DNA of 64,000 nt from Okamejei kenojei (Eukaryota). The notes beneath the pieces were generated by a model. The model worked only from the letters and a program-made list of their open reading frames with translations. It searched no databases and had not been told where the DNA came from. Numbering within the stretch: the stretch's first letter is position 1; each line of letters opens with the position of its first letter. The DNA is taken from NCBI GenBank assembly GCA_035221665.1, contig CM069156.1, forward strand, positions 17,794,001 to 17,858,000, in the 5' to 3' direction. The position numbers and the translations under genes were made by a program. Below are positions 1 to 12,383 of this stretch, piece by piece.

Positions 1-1604
1 AACTATCAGCAATAGAGCACAATACCGTACTGTACAGTCCAGAGACAAAGTCCAATGTCTGCATTGATGTAGAGAAGAATTGGATTTTACCCTCGTTTAC
101 GGATTTTCCATTTTATGAAGGGTTGGCCGGTGTTCTTCTCTTGGTCAATCTGGAAGTTCAGGGCCCCTTGACCAGTTGCCTCATTTGATTCGATATCTCA
201 TTTCAACAGCAGTTCAAAGTTCAGTTCAAACAATTCAAAGTTTCCAATCCCCCTTTTTCTACACATTTCTTGCAATGATCTGGTGACATCATCATGTGTT
301 TCAACAGGTTTTATAAATAATAGAAAATTCACACCATCGCTGACAACTGCAGTTTTCATTTTCATATGTTGACGTGTGCAACTTTCTGAAATGTCTTTGT
401 TTTTAAGAATATGTAGAAATTCAATTTTTGCACATTTTTAGACGTTTTAAATATTTTAACATGCATATCACAAAGATGCTTTTAAAAGCCCCTTGTCCAA
501 GCTCCTTGTATACTCAAATTTCTTATGAACCTTCTTCTTACAAAGATTCCAGTATGGCTGGAATTTCCTTTTAAAGGAGGTAAAGATGGAACATCTCCCT
601 CTAAATTTAAACTGTCCACTTCAATTATTGCCATTTTAATATAAAATGCTCTGCAAACTTAAAGCTGTAGCTCCTTTGATTGTCTAAACTCCATTAACAT
701 TAAGGAAAGCTTAAAGTAAAACAGTACTTTCAAATGTTGGTTTTCAATTATCCCAAATACTTGCCGCTTTAATGGACTGGGCTTGGGACACTTGTAGGAC
801 TAACCATGAAAGATACCTTAGCTAGTAAGCAGCTGTTAGTTCTGGTTTAAGACTGAATGTGCAGCTGTTGTAGCAGAGAGCCGGTAGGTTTGTAACTGAA
901 TCAATCCAGACCAGTGAACAAATACACTATCTCAGGCCCTGGAGTTCATTTGTGCCATGTCAAAAAACACTTGGTATAATATCAGGGTTGAATGAAGGCA
1001 GTAATTCTTCCAGTTTAATTTTTTTTTTTAATTGTCATTCAGAAAGTAAGTGGGCTATGACCTCCATTAAACTGATAGAGAAAGGGCTTTGCGAGGAGTG
1101 CACTGATCATTCAGACTAGAACAGGGCAACAGTCATTTCCGCTACACTTGTTTTTTGATTCATGTTCCAGCCTGTGTCTGTACCATTATGGGTTCCAAAG
1201 ATTGGGAATGAATCACTGAGTTGAAGCCCTTCACCCATGCCATGGACAATTAGTCAACCGAAAACAAGCCTGTCCTGTTCTCTTTTCGAATCGTCTATTA
1301 TTGCCCTAGGTTTCCCTACAATGCAACCCGTGGATGACAAGCAATACTTCCCTCAAAGGAAAAAGTGTTTATCAATAAACTGTATAATATGAATTATTGG
1401 GATTTTGCTTTGTATTCTATTATGTTCAGAACGAAAGAGCAGTCCTATGATTGTTGTGTGTCCTTCTAAAATCCCTCATGCAGCACTGAATAATATTGTA
1501 GTGGAGGTCAATACTAGGAACAAAACGTCACTGTGTCAGGTTCAATGTGATCTGCCCATTGTATCTCAAATCGGTTAAAATGGGAAACACCATAATTTAG
1601 TACG

Positions 1605-1885
1605 TGAAGGGCACTCTTTTAGAAAGGAGGTGAGGAGGAACTTATTCAGTCAGATGGTAGTTAGTCTGTGGAACTTATTGCCACAGAGCGCTGTGGAGGC
1701 CAAGTCAGTGGATATTTTTAAGACGGAGATTAGACAAATTCTTGATTAGAACGGGTGTGAAGGGTTATGGGGAGAAGGCAGGAAAATGGGACTAGGAGGT
1801 AGAGATTTGCCACGATTGAATGGCGGAGTACACTCGATGGGCCGAACGGCCTAATTCTACTCCTTTAACTTGTGAACTTGTGAAT
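1605..1885 (+). mobile_element. CR1-type LINE 3' fragment
   Basis: ORF2 end (FRKEVRRNLFSQMVVSLWNLLPQSAVEA), then the 3' tail gatgggccgaacggcctaattctactcct and short terminal repeats (cttgtgaa)2. Confidence 0.85.
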
Positions 1886-3239
1886 CAAGCGTTCGTGAAG
1901 TTTGCAAGGTGCATGTAATGTCTGCTGTCACGAAAAACAACTTATACAGTATGGCAACTTTACCATAATAATATATTCAGAGGTGCTTCACAGAAATGTT
2001 ATCAAAAGAACTGAAGTCACAGAAGGACAGCAAATAAATATTTGCTCAGGTAGTTAGGCCTTAAGGTGTGAGAGAGTTATTTAGGGATGAAGCTGTTCGG
2101 AGAGTCTTCACAGCGACATGAATGGCCACTAAAGGAGGTGCGAGTTGCATAAGATGCCAAAAAGCTAAAGCCCGAGCTACTTGGATATCCTAAAGGCCGG
2201 AGAACTGGAAAATGGATCATTAGAGATGAGGCCTGGGGGAGAATTTGATAAAAAAGGAATATTTGTTGCTGGTTTTCATGACATTTATATACACATTGAT
2301 TTAAAAAGAGAAACAGTTCACCAATATAGTTCATTTGGAGAATCATCAGTGTGGGATGTACAGCTTGAGAATGAAGAATTATATTCTGAGGCTGGTGTTT
2401 CTGAGTGAGTGTTGCCAGCCAGTTATGTTCATCAAGAGTTGGGCTTCTATGCTGCCACCAAACGGCATCAGTTTAATGTGACTTGATGCCGGGTTGAACC
2501 CCCTGATGTCCGCACAAATAATACATTTGAGCAGAAACTCAGAAGACCATCCGCAATGTTACTACATACTTTACATTTGGCCTTTGAGCCATTTTCATGG
2601 TCTGGCTGGGCAGTGGGATTACTTCCTCGCCATGAGCTCATACCTTCCAGAGACCTAATCTTATTTTATCCTCATCTCTTGCATCTGGCTGAGAGTATTC
2701 TTTCATCTACCTGATGCTGTTCTTATACATGAACATATAAATAAGCCAGCTCCACCACTTAATAGGATCCTGGCTAATTATTGTAACTTCAACTCTGGAT
2801 TCCCTTTTACCCTTGGTAACCTTTCTTCCCCTGGTTGATTCATAATCTGTCCACCTCTCCCTAAAAAATGCTTCTGCCCTGCACTCCCCACCCCACCCCC
2901 ATGAAGAAGAACCTTCCAAAGATTCACGATTCTCTGAGAAGAAACAAAATTGTCCCATCGCCGTCTTTAACCAGTGACCCATATATTTAGCAGTGACCGT
3001 CATTCTAAGTTCTGTCGGATGAGAAAATGTCCTCTCCACAGTATTTTATTTGCTCTATTTAGGTCTTCTTTCACTGTTCTCAACTCAGGAGAAACAATCC
3101 TAGTCTGTCCAATCTTTCCTCGTGGGACAACCCACCATTCCATGCACAGATCCAGTAAACTGTCAAATTGATCAACATGTAGATTCTTCGCAATGTAGGT
3201 TCTATGGAAAGTATGTGAGCTTCCCTGCCAAACTTTGTC

Positions 3240-3608
3240 CCACCCTGGTCATTCCTTCTTCACCCTGCTCCCGTCCAGCCAGAAGGTGCCGAAGCATGAA
3301 AGTGTTCAGCACCAGATTCAGGAACAGCTTCTTCCCCTCTGTTATCAGGCTTCTGAGCAATCCTTCCATAAGCCAGGGAACTGTCTGATTCATCACTACC
3401 CTATTGTGGACATTAGACTTTGTCTAAGGAACTGATGTGCTACAATGCTGAGAACTATATTCTGCACTTTGTATCTTCCCCTTTGATCTCTCTATTGTAC
3501 AAGTTTGATGATTGTATTTATGTGTGGTTTTATCTGCTCTGATTGGACAGTATGCAAAACAAAGCTATTCACTGTGCATTTGTATACATGTCAGTACTAA
3601 ACCTAAAC
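3240..3608 (+). mobile_element. Rex1/Babar-like LINE 3' fragment
   Basis: ORF end HPGHSFFTLLPS...STRFRNSFFPSVIRLL and a 3' UTR ending in (taaacc) repeats. Sits among minus-strand CR1 remnants. Confidence 0.75.
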
Positions 3609-3940
3609 CGTACATTTCTGATCTACTTCAAAAACATTAGCATCTTTCCTGAAACATGGGGACCAATGTTATGCATGTGCTCCAGATATAGCCTCACCAA
3701 TGTCATGTATAATTGAAACAAAATCTCCTTTTCATAGTCCATTCTCCTCGCAATAAACAATAATATTCTATCAGTTATCCTATTTACTTACTGGATCTAC
3801 ATACTCATGTGTTGTGAAACATTCACTAGGATGTCCAGTTTCCTCTGTAAGACCTCAGCAATCTCTCACAATCAGATAATGTTACTTTTCACTTTTCCTG
3901 CTGGAATGGACCACAACTCTCCACAGGGTTTATTTTTACT

Positions 3941-4250
3941 TTTAGAGATACTGCGCAGAAACAGGCCCTCCGGCCCACCGAGCCCGCACCGACCAGTGAT
4001 CCCCCGCACAGTAACGCTATCCTACACACACGAGGGACAGTTTACATTTATACCAAGCTAATTAGCCTACAAACCTGTACGCCTTTGGAGTGTGGGAGGA
4101 AACTGTAGATCTTGGAGAAATCCCATGCGGTCACGGGAAGAGCGTACAAACTCCGTACAGACAGCACCCGTAGTCGGGATCGAACCCGGGTCTGTGGCAC
4201 TGTAAGCGCTTAAGGCAGCAAACTCCACAGCTGCGCCTCCGTGCTGCTCA
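3941..4250 (-). mobile_element. tRNA-derived SINE (V-SINE/HE1-like)
   Basis: The reverse complement has a Pol III A-box/B-box head (ggcgcagctgtgg; gggttcgatccc), the central core gtttgtacg..cccgtgacc..cctcccacactccaaag and the CR1-like tail gggcctgttt. Confidence 0.88.
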
Positions 4251-5422
4251 AGATTCCACACGATTCTCCTTTTTATCAGATTTTTGCCTACTCACTTGAT
4301 CCATCTATATCCCTCCGCATCCTCCTTGTATCCTGTTCATGATTTACTTTTCTACCTACCTGCAGATCAATGGTTAAACGATTCTCAATCATTCTGTGAT
4401 GTTGTACTGGTTCATGACAGATGAGTTATTTTGCAAAATCCCTTGGAAGAACATAGCCTACAACACAAAACAGGCCACTCTAGTTAACTAGATGCTGCTG
4501 GTGTTTGTAGCCACAGTTGCCTCCTTCCATCCCATCATAATTAACATTCAAACCAATATGGTGTTGTAGATAAAGACTTTACCCATTTGTCACCGTGCCA
4601 ACATAGACTTAACGTAAGCTGGAACATGCATCTTCAATTTATATTTTCAACCAAGAAGCTCCAATTAAGCATGATTGCCCCACATCATCTATGCCCATGG
4701 TCCCAAACAGTAGAGCATACTGGATCAACTCTCGGAGCACTCGCGTGTGCTGCACAGTTGATCCATCAACTGTGCAGTAGTAGGAGATGGGCGTCTGTGC
4801 CAATAACTCTCCATAGTGCCAACTTGGAGCTGCCAAGGGAGATCCAGCAGTTTGTTTATTGCTCCAGATTCCAGCATCTGCAGTCTCTCAGTTGCCTCCT
4901 GGGGTCAAATATTTGATATCATTTTAAGTAGATTGTCACATAAAGAACGTCCTTTTGAATGACACGTGAATGAAAGTCGACTGAAGATCTGTACACTGCA
5001 TGGTTTTAAAAGTGTGAGTGTTTGCTATTTGTACCTCACGCCACCTCTCCTCCAGCTCCCTTTTCCTCCAGCTTGGAAGCGGTTGAAAGGTCATTTGTAC
5101 TGGGTGAGGCCGTGATCTCCCTGAGGCTGAGATTGCTGTAAAGGGCCTCTCTCCTTCAGTGGGTGAAAGGCAGGAGGTTCTGCCGTGGGAGCTGCACCGT
5201 GCAGCTGCAGGTTCTGTCAGCCGAGCTCTTTGCTGGGAGCAATCGATGAGGCCCAGGCCAACACCCGTATCGCAGCTCCTTTCCAGTCACCCAGTCACAA
5301 CTGCAGTAGAAAAGGAGAGAGGAGGAATGTGAAGGAAAGGAGAAAGATGAAGCAGTAAGAAAAGGAGAATAAGAAAGAGATGAAATAGTCGTATGGTAGA
5401 AAGGTGGAGAATGCAAAGGGAT

Positions 5423-5825
5423 CACATATTTTGCTTGGGCAGCTTACCGCCCAGAGGTATGAATGTTGATTTCTCTAACTTCAGGTAGCCCCGGCTAACC
5501 CTCTCTCTCTCTCTATCCCTCCCCCACCCATGTCGAACCAAAGATCCTATAGCGAGTCGCACTATCTTCTCGTTTTCACCCAATAAACAGCTAGCAAGGC
5601 ATGTTTCCTCAATCATCGTCACTTTTATGCATATGTTCTTTTTTCATTCATTGTTCTTTATCTCTCTACATCATCGTCTATATCTCTCATTTCCCTTATC
5701 CCTAACTGGTCTGAAGAAGGGTCTTGACCCGAAACGTCACCCATTGCTGCCTGTCCCTCTGAGTTTCTTCAGCTTTTTGTGTCTATCTTCGGTTTAAACC
5801 AGCATCTGCAGTTCCTTCTTACTAC
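5423..5825 (+). mobile_element. Penelope-like element 3' fragment with pLTR
   Basis: Encodes the ORF C-terminus IFCLGSLPPRGMNVDFSNFR*, followed by a 3' UTR and the pLTR (ctgaagaagggtcttgacccgaaacgtc...ccagcatctgcagttcctt). Confidence 0.85.
5708..5741 (+). ncRNA. Minimal type I hammerhead ribozyme motif (Penelope pLTR)
   Basis: GGU-CUGAAGA-A-GGGU(CUUG)ACCC-GAAAC-GUC/ACC: intact CUGANGA and GAAA cores, stem II, palindromic ACGU stem III, GUC triplet and a 3-bp stem I. Activity is not shown. Confidence 0.7.
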
Positions 5826-6729
5826 AGTATAAGGCCTCAATTCCTGAAATGCTCTTGCCGTACGCATCTTCGCTGATTACCTACCCCATCTTTCCTTGTA
5901 TATGGCTGTTGGTTTGTTTTTGGAATGCTGTATCTATATATTCATTATTTTAGACTGATTTCCCAGTTTTATATTTGTTCCTCTGCTCAATTTTCTCAGT
6001 GAAGTTTATGCCAGAAGTCAGCAATTTGCCACTCCAGTTATCACCCAGCTTGGTGTCAAAGGGCAGTGAGTGATATGTAGCTTGTTCAGCATTTCCACTG
6101 GAGAAATATGTGTAGACAGATTCTGAGATGGTTTTCGAGTTTGAAGTGTCTTCATGGAGTCACTGAGCTGTGCAGCACAGACTTTGGCCCTTTGGCCGAA
6201 CTCATCAATACTGATCATGATACTATCTGTACTAATCCCGTTTGCCTATATTAGATGCATATCTCTCCCTACTATCTTCCGATCCGAAAGCCTTTTTAAA
6301 ATGTTGCAATTGTTTCTTCCTCCATCACCTCCTCTGGCAGTTTATTTCATATACCTACCACCATCTATATGAAAACCCCACAGCGCAGATCTCCTTTCAA
6401 TTTCACAGACTGCTCTGGATCAAATTGCATTTGCTATTTTTCTGGCCAACAAGCCAAACCATCCATATCTCCCTGCAGTCTCAAGCATTCCTCTGCAATG
6501 TCAAACAGACGGACAATTTTGTGGAGATGCATGAGACTGCAGATGCTGGAAGCTGCTGAAGAAACTCAGCAGATTGAGCAGTATCTGTGGAGGGAAAGGA
6601 ATTATTGACAATTTTGGTCGTGAATCTACATCAGAACTGGGAGTAGAGAAGGAACATAGCCGATATAAAGAGAAGAGATGAGGCAGGGTATTTATTGGTG
6701 AGCAGTGATTTATTATTGTTGCATGTCTC

Positions 6730-6962
6730 ATTTAAGGTGAAAGGGAAAAGATTTAATAGGAAACTTGAGGGGCAACTTCTTTTAGACTAAGGTTAGTAGA
6801 TATATGGAACGGAGCTTCCATAGGGGGTGGTTGAGCACAACATTTAAAAATGGTTTGGACAGGTACATGGATAGTACATGTTTAGTGTGATATTGGCCAA
6901 ACGCAGGATGGCATGGGCAAGTTGAGCTAAAGGGCCTGTTTCCACGCTGTATGACTCTATGT
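6730..6962 (+). mobile_element. CR1-type LINE 3' fragment
   Basis: tttaaggtgaaagggaaaagatttaatagg...ttggacaggtacatggatag...aagggcctgtttccacgctgtatgactctat. Confidence 0.8.
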
Positions 6963-7002
6963 ATCAGGAAACAGTGGATACTGTTATCCAGTGTTATCCA
7001 AG

Positions 7003-7472
7003 GTGGCACAGTAATGCAGCGGGAAGGGTTGCTGCCTTAGCACTGGAGACCCGGGTTTAATTCTGACTGCGGGTGTTATCTATACGGAGCTTGTATATTC
7101 TCCCTGTGACCACGTGGGATTTCTTTGGGTGCTCCAGTTTCCTCCCACGTTCCAAAGATGTGGAGGTTTGTAGGTTGTGTTAAAGAAGGAACTGCAGATG
7201 CTGGAAAATCGAGGGGACACAAAAAAGCTGGAGAAACTCAGCGGGTGCAGCAGCATCTAAGGAGCGAAGGAGATTGGCGACGTTTCGGGCCGAAACGTTG
7301 CCTATCTCCTTCGCTCCATAGATGCTGCTGCACCCGCTGAGTTTCCCGAGGTTTGTGGGTTAACTGGCTTCTGTAAGTTGCCCGAGTGTATAGGATACAA
7401 AAGTGGGATAACATAGAACTAGTGTATGGGTGGGCCGAAGGGCCTGTTTCCACGCTGTATCTCGAAACTAAA
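7003..7472 (+). mobile_element. V-SINE/HE1-like SINE interrupted by a palindromic pLTR insertion
   Basis: SINE head and core at 7003-7176, remainder at 7348-7472, ending gggcctgtttccacgctgtatctcgaaactaaa. Confidence 0.85.
7177..7347. mobile_element. Fold-back Penelope pLTR-derived insertion with 14-bp TSD
   Basis: Near-perfect hairpin at 7233-7345. Flanking duplication gaggtttgtaggtt (7163-7176) and gaggtttgtgggtt (7348-7361). Confidence 0.85.
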
Positions 7473-9186
7473 CCATACCCTGCATGAGTACATCGGGTAA
7501 TGCAAACGAGAAAATTGAGTGCAAAGTATATTACAGCTACAAAGTAAGTGAGCGATGAGGCAGATTATAAGGGGCGGGTTTGGTTTGCACGATGGCTGGG
7601 TTGTATTCTCAACTCTACAAATTCTTGCAGTCCTGGGCAGAGCAGATGCTGTGGTTCATCCTGACAGGATGCTTTCTATCATGCACCTGTAGAAATTGGT
7701 GAGCCATTGAAGGCGTACCAAGATTTCCTTGGCCTTCAGAGAAGACTATGGTTTCTTGGGTGTAGCTTGAATGCGGTTGAACCAAGACATGTTATTGATG
7801 ATATTTACACCTAGAAACAAGAAGCTCCCCATGACATGCTCTTCAACACCATTGATACACACTGTTGGAGGAACCACAGAAAGGGAGCAGAGAGAGGGGG
7901 TCCCACAGGACTCGTCGAGGAGATGTCACGTTGTCTTATTGTGTTCGCTGACTGATGTTTAATGGTTAATTTTAAACCTCCCAATTGGCAGAAGGGTTAG
8001 AGTGGCTAATGACCAGCGATGATTCTTTTTGACTTCTACCCTGGGTCGCCCTACCATCTCCCCAGCCCATGGACCAAACCACCATCTCCCTGGCCCATTG
8101 ATCACCCAAATATTCCCCCATCCACCCATCAGCCAGCGATGACCCAGATCTTCCCCAAACTCACCAATTGCCTGACCTGTAAGGCGATTGGTGAATTCCA
8201 GCCTGCCCATCACCAATTGCTGCCAGACAACCCTGCCCTTCGCCCATCTTTCTGATGGCCTACACCACCTTGACCTTCCCTTTCCCTGGACTGGCTCCTT
8301 TCTATGGTATAGTGCACGGGAAAGCCTTCTCTTCCTCAAAGCCGATCCAGAGGTAGCCAACGTCTCTGAATTTCCAACCACTGGCCCTGTGGACAAAACC
8401 GCGTTTGACAGCGATCACTCAGCTCACCTCTGCCAGCTGTAAAGAAATTCCAGGCCTGTCTGTTTTCCTGATTATTGAAATAGACAGATTTACACAATTG
8501 TAAACCACTCAATGAGTGAATTAACTTCTTCAATCAAATGACGCAAAATGTGTAATTTAAAGTTTTATATTTGGGTCCAGTTGATTGATGCCATACTTTG
8601 GATGGTGATGCTTTTGCTGCTAAGCTTACAATGAACATGTAACGCTGCAACTTCCACACCTGCTGCCTTGTGGAGAGGTCAGTAACCGTGGCATAACTTG
8701 AGATCTGGCAGAGCTTGTCATTTTCCATTCTCCAGTAAACACTCCTGACTTCTGAGCTTCTGATTATTCCTGTAGGTGACTCAAAGCTCCTAGTTTCTCC
8801 AAGTGATTTTAATTACCGATATAGCATTGTATATATCGTAGTTAAAACCTTAATGACTTATGATCTAGCAAAAGCCGACATGGCCACATGAGTGTTCACA
8901 TCTTTAAAAAGGATTGGACCAGCATTACAATGGTCCTTACTTGAGCTTTAAATGCTGGATGTTTTTAATTAATTGCAGATAACATGCACTTGCAGCTGTA
9001 ATAACCCAGGTGGTGTATGTGTGGAGTCCTTCTGTTTTCTCTTTGACTAAACATGTTTCTGATGGGTTCTCCAGCTTCCTCCCACATCCCAACAATGTGC
9101 TGTGGGCCAACGTGGGCGTGTTAAGTAGGTTGACGTCTAGAACTCGCTGCCTGAGAAGGTGGGCGAGACAGAAAGCCTCATCACAT

Positions 9187-9480
9187 GCGGCACGGAGGCG
9201 CAGCGGTAGAGTTGCTGCCTTACCTTGCGCCGGAGACACGGGTTCGATCCTGACTACGGGTGCTGTCTGTACGGAGATTGTACATTCTCCCCGTGACCTG
9301 CGTGGGAGAGATCTCTGAGATCTTCGGTTTTCCCCCCCCACACTCCAAAGATGTACAGGTTTGTAGGTTAATTGGCTTGTTCCCAGTGAGTGTAGGATAG
9401 TTTTAATGTACGGGGATCGCCGATCGGCGCGGACCCGGTGGGCTGAAGGGCCTGTTTATGCGCTGTCTCTCTAAACTAAA
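9187..9480 (+). mobile_element. V-SINE/HE1-like SINE, full length
   Basis: gcggcacggaggcgcagcggtagagttgctgcct...gggttcgatcctgac...gggcctgtttatgcgctgtctctctaaactaaa. Confidence 0.9.
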
Positions 9481-11339
9481 CATAGAAGCTATACGTGGAT
9501 GTACGTGAGGCACTGTCAGCTGCAGGGCGACACGCCCACCACTGGAAGGTGGAATTAAGTGGACAACTTATTTTTGACCGGCATAGTCAGAATGGGCCAA
9601 ACGCTCTCCATCGATGTCACAGTTTCTCTATGATCTGTGAAACCACAGCAAGTTCTCCATTGCTGAGCACTCACAGAAGAGTTGGATTATAATAGCTTAG
9701 TGCTGGGTGCGTTACCAAAGCATTGGTGAGGTACTTAGATGTGGACTTGAAGCGATTTTATCTGCAGGGCCACATGCGTAGTGGTGAAGATGTGTTTGGT
9801 AAATAATTTCTGAAAAGACATTCTTCCTTGTGCATTCCAATGCTCAAGTCCGACCTACAGTATAATAATCACCAACATTGCACTTGCCTTCCTAATTATG
9901 TCTGTGTGTTCATGTTTTGCATAACCAAAATTTATCTGTAAACCAACGCTTACTAATTTCCCATTGTTTAGAAAGTATTCTGTTTTCCTCCTCTTCCGAA
10001 CAATGCAAGTAACCTCACATGTTCCTACTTTACATTCCCTCTGCTTCCCGCTTGTTTGACCTGCTCTGCCCTTTGCTGGCTCTCTGCGCACTAACTCAGC
10101 ATGTTCGGATGACTCTGCTAATTGTCATCTTTCCCAACAGCCTCTGAGTGATATTGATGAACAATAAAGGACCAGCTAAATTGATGTCCTAAATCTGCCT
10201 CAGGAAACCAACCTTAAATCTGAAATGCTTTCCAATAAAATCTAATTCAACGTCAATACTGTCAAAGACTTAAAGCCCGCAACCCTCCCTGTGAGCTGTT
10301 TGACTTTCCTGAGAACACTTAGAAATAGACCATCGACTGTTAATCCTGCCAAAGTTTAGCTGATTTTAGCTTTGATGGGGTGGATCCAAGTTTAGTTTAT
10401 CTAATCAGAAACCCACACAGCAGCCCAAATAGGTTCTGTCCTCCCATTTGCTAAATATTTCATCCTGCAGGTTTGTAGACCACCTTATCTATCCCTCAGC
10501 TCTTGCTAAATAAAAATAATTGCTATTTTGCTGTGTTTCTGCGCTTTTCCATTTGTTCTGGATGTGACTGCCTGGATAGATCAGTCGCACTAATCTGGAG
10601 TTTAAATGCAGGGACAGTGGGATGAAGATGGACTTGCCCACCAGGGGTATGGAAGCTTTCTCCTGGAGCATTTTGCTTGCAACACTGCAGAGGTTCTGAG
10701 TGCGTCGAGCTGTACCGCCTCAGCCACACAACCTTGGGACGTGTCGCTCGATCAGGCCCATTAATCACCACTTGCAGAGAACGTTTTTTTTTTTTTCCCA
10801 CATGACAGGGATTCCTTTGAGACAGAAAGAAATGCATTTATGGTGCTGGTTGCGTTTGAAGGTTTAAACTCTGAGGATAGGCCCGAAATTGTAATCAACT
10901 GGGTGTTTGGAAGGAACCGAGTGCTGGCTCCAGATTTAACAGTCACTGTTCTGCTGACTCCACTATTTTTTTTTTTGCACTGACTCTGTGCATTTGCTGA
11001 ATGGAGATTGTGTGTGGAGTTCCACACCTCCTTTCTCTGCCGCCATGGCAACCTGGCACGAACATTGACGGTAACAGCACTTTCAGCTATGGTCTTATTC
11101 TTGTCCTTCCATTCAGCCAGCATCCTTACTTCTGCAGTGGCCTCCATAGATAGGATTACAGTGCATTGTCCAGTAAAAATGCTCCTCTTTAGCTGGGTTG
11201 ATCTACCTGTCTCTTTGGTATTATACATGACCGAGATCTAGCCACTCATCATTCTAACACGGCACAGTCCCTTTGCCTGTCGAGAAAATAATATATTGAC
11301 CAGAATTTTTGTAATCTCAAGTAACTGCAATAGTATCTT

Positions 11340-11480
11340 CACATTTAAGAAAGATTTGGACAGGTACCTGGATAGGGTGGTTTTAGAGGGATATGGGCCA
11401 AAAGCAGGCAGGTGGGACTAGTGTAGTTGGGGCATATTGATCGGTGTGGACAAGTTGGGCTGACGTTGTACGACTCTACC
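11340..11480 (+). mobile_element. CR1-type LINE 3' tail
   Basis: acatttaagaaagatttggacaggtacctggatagg...gagggatatgggccaaaagcaggcaggtgggactag. Confidence 0.75.
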
Positions 11481-12029
11481 CGAAAGCAATAAATAGAAAA
11501 TGAGACTCAACTCAGGGTGAGCCTATTTAATCCATCGGTATTATATCCCTCTTGCTAGTTTTCAGCTGCAACCTCATGCATTTTGAACTGTGACTCCATT
11601 GTGAAGTTTTCTGACAGAGTCACACCTGTGGTTGCTATTGCTGTATACAAGTGGAAGTCTCGAAAGCTGCAGACATCCAGAGACAGACCTCTGAAGCTCA
11701 GCCCAGTAAAACCATTGATTTTTGGTATGTGGGAGGAAACCAGAGCATCTGGAGGAATGAAAAGTGTTTTGGATTAGAGGTCTGGTAATCACTTGAAGGA
11801 GCACCTGATGGCCTGAACTTTGCTGCCTATGTTTCTGCAAGCATTTACACGTCCCACCTGGATCTTGGGGGACAGCATTACATAAGGATTACGGACCCAT
11901 GTAACGGACGCCAAGGATGCCTGCCACCCCAGCCATTCCCTTTTCTCCATTTTACATTCTGGGAGAAGATACAACAGCTCGAATGACTTGAGAACATTTT
12001 TTTCCCTGCTGCTAAACAACATCTGAAAC

Positions 12030-12128
12030 AGTCTGAAGAAGGGCCCCATCCCGAAGCGTTGTCCTTCCATGCCCCCCACAGGTGCTGCCTGACCTGTAGA
12101 GTTCCTCCAGCACTTTGTTTTTTGCTCC
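12030..12128 (+). mobile_element. Degenerate Penelope pLTR
   Basis: gtctgaagaagggccccatcccgaagcgtt...tgctgcctgacc...ctccagcactttg. The GAAA core is mutated to GAAG. Confidence 0.65.
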
Positions 12129-12175
12129 TGAAACAGTGATCTCTTTCACACCTCATTCCCGGAGGTGCTGCCACG

Positions 12176-12383
12176 TACTCCTACTCGGCGATTTTCTCGG
12201 CGACTGCCGGCATCATTGACTGACGGATCAGGTCACCGAAGGATTTGCGGCGGTGGCGTGACGTGGCGTGATGACGTATGACGTGCGGTGTCTTTTCAAG
12301 TGTCGCAACTTTTTTTTTTGTCGCCGCTGGATTTTGAAATGTTCAGTCGCCGAAGAAAACCGCCAAGTGGGACAGGCCCTTTA
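12176..12383. mobile_element. MITE-like non-autonomous DNA transposon (PIF/Harbinger-like)
   Basis: Imperfect terminal inverted repeats ggcgattttctcggcgactg and cagtcgccgaagaaaaccgcc. The right end reads aagtgggacaggcccttta. The interior is CpG-rich. Superfamily call is an inference. Confidence 0.6.

Noticed and set aside
9187-9260. tRNA gene-like A/B boxes, here and in other SINE heads
   Set aside because: They run directly into SINE core and LINE-derived tail sequence and do not form a complete cloverleaf.
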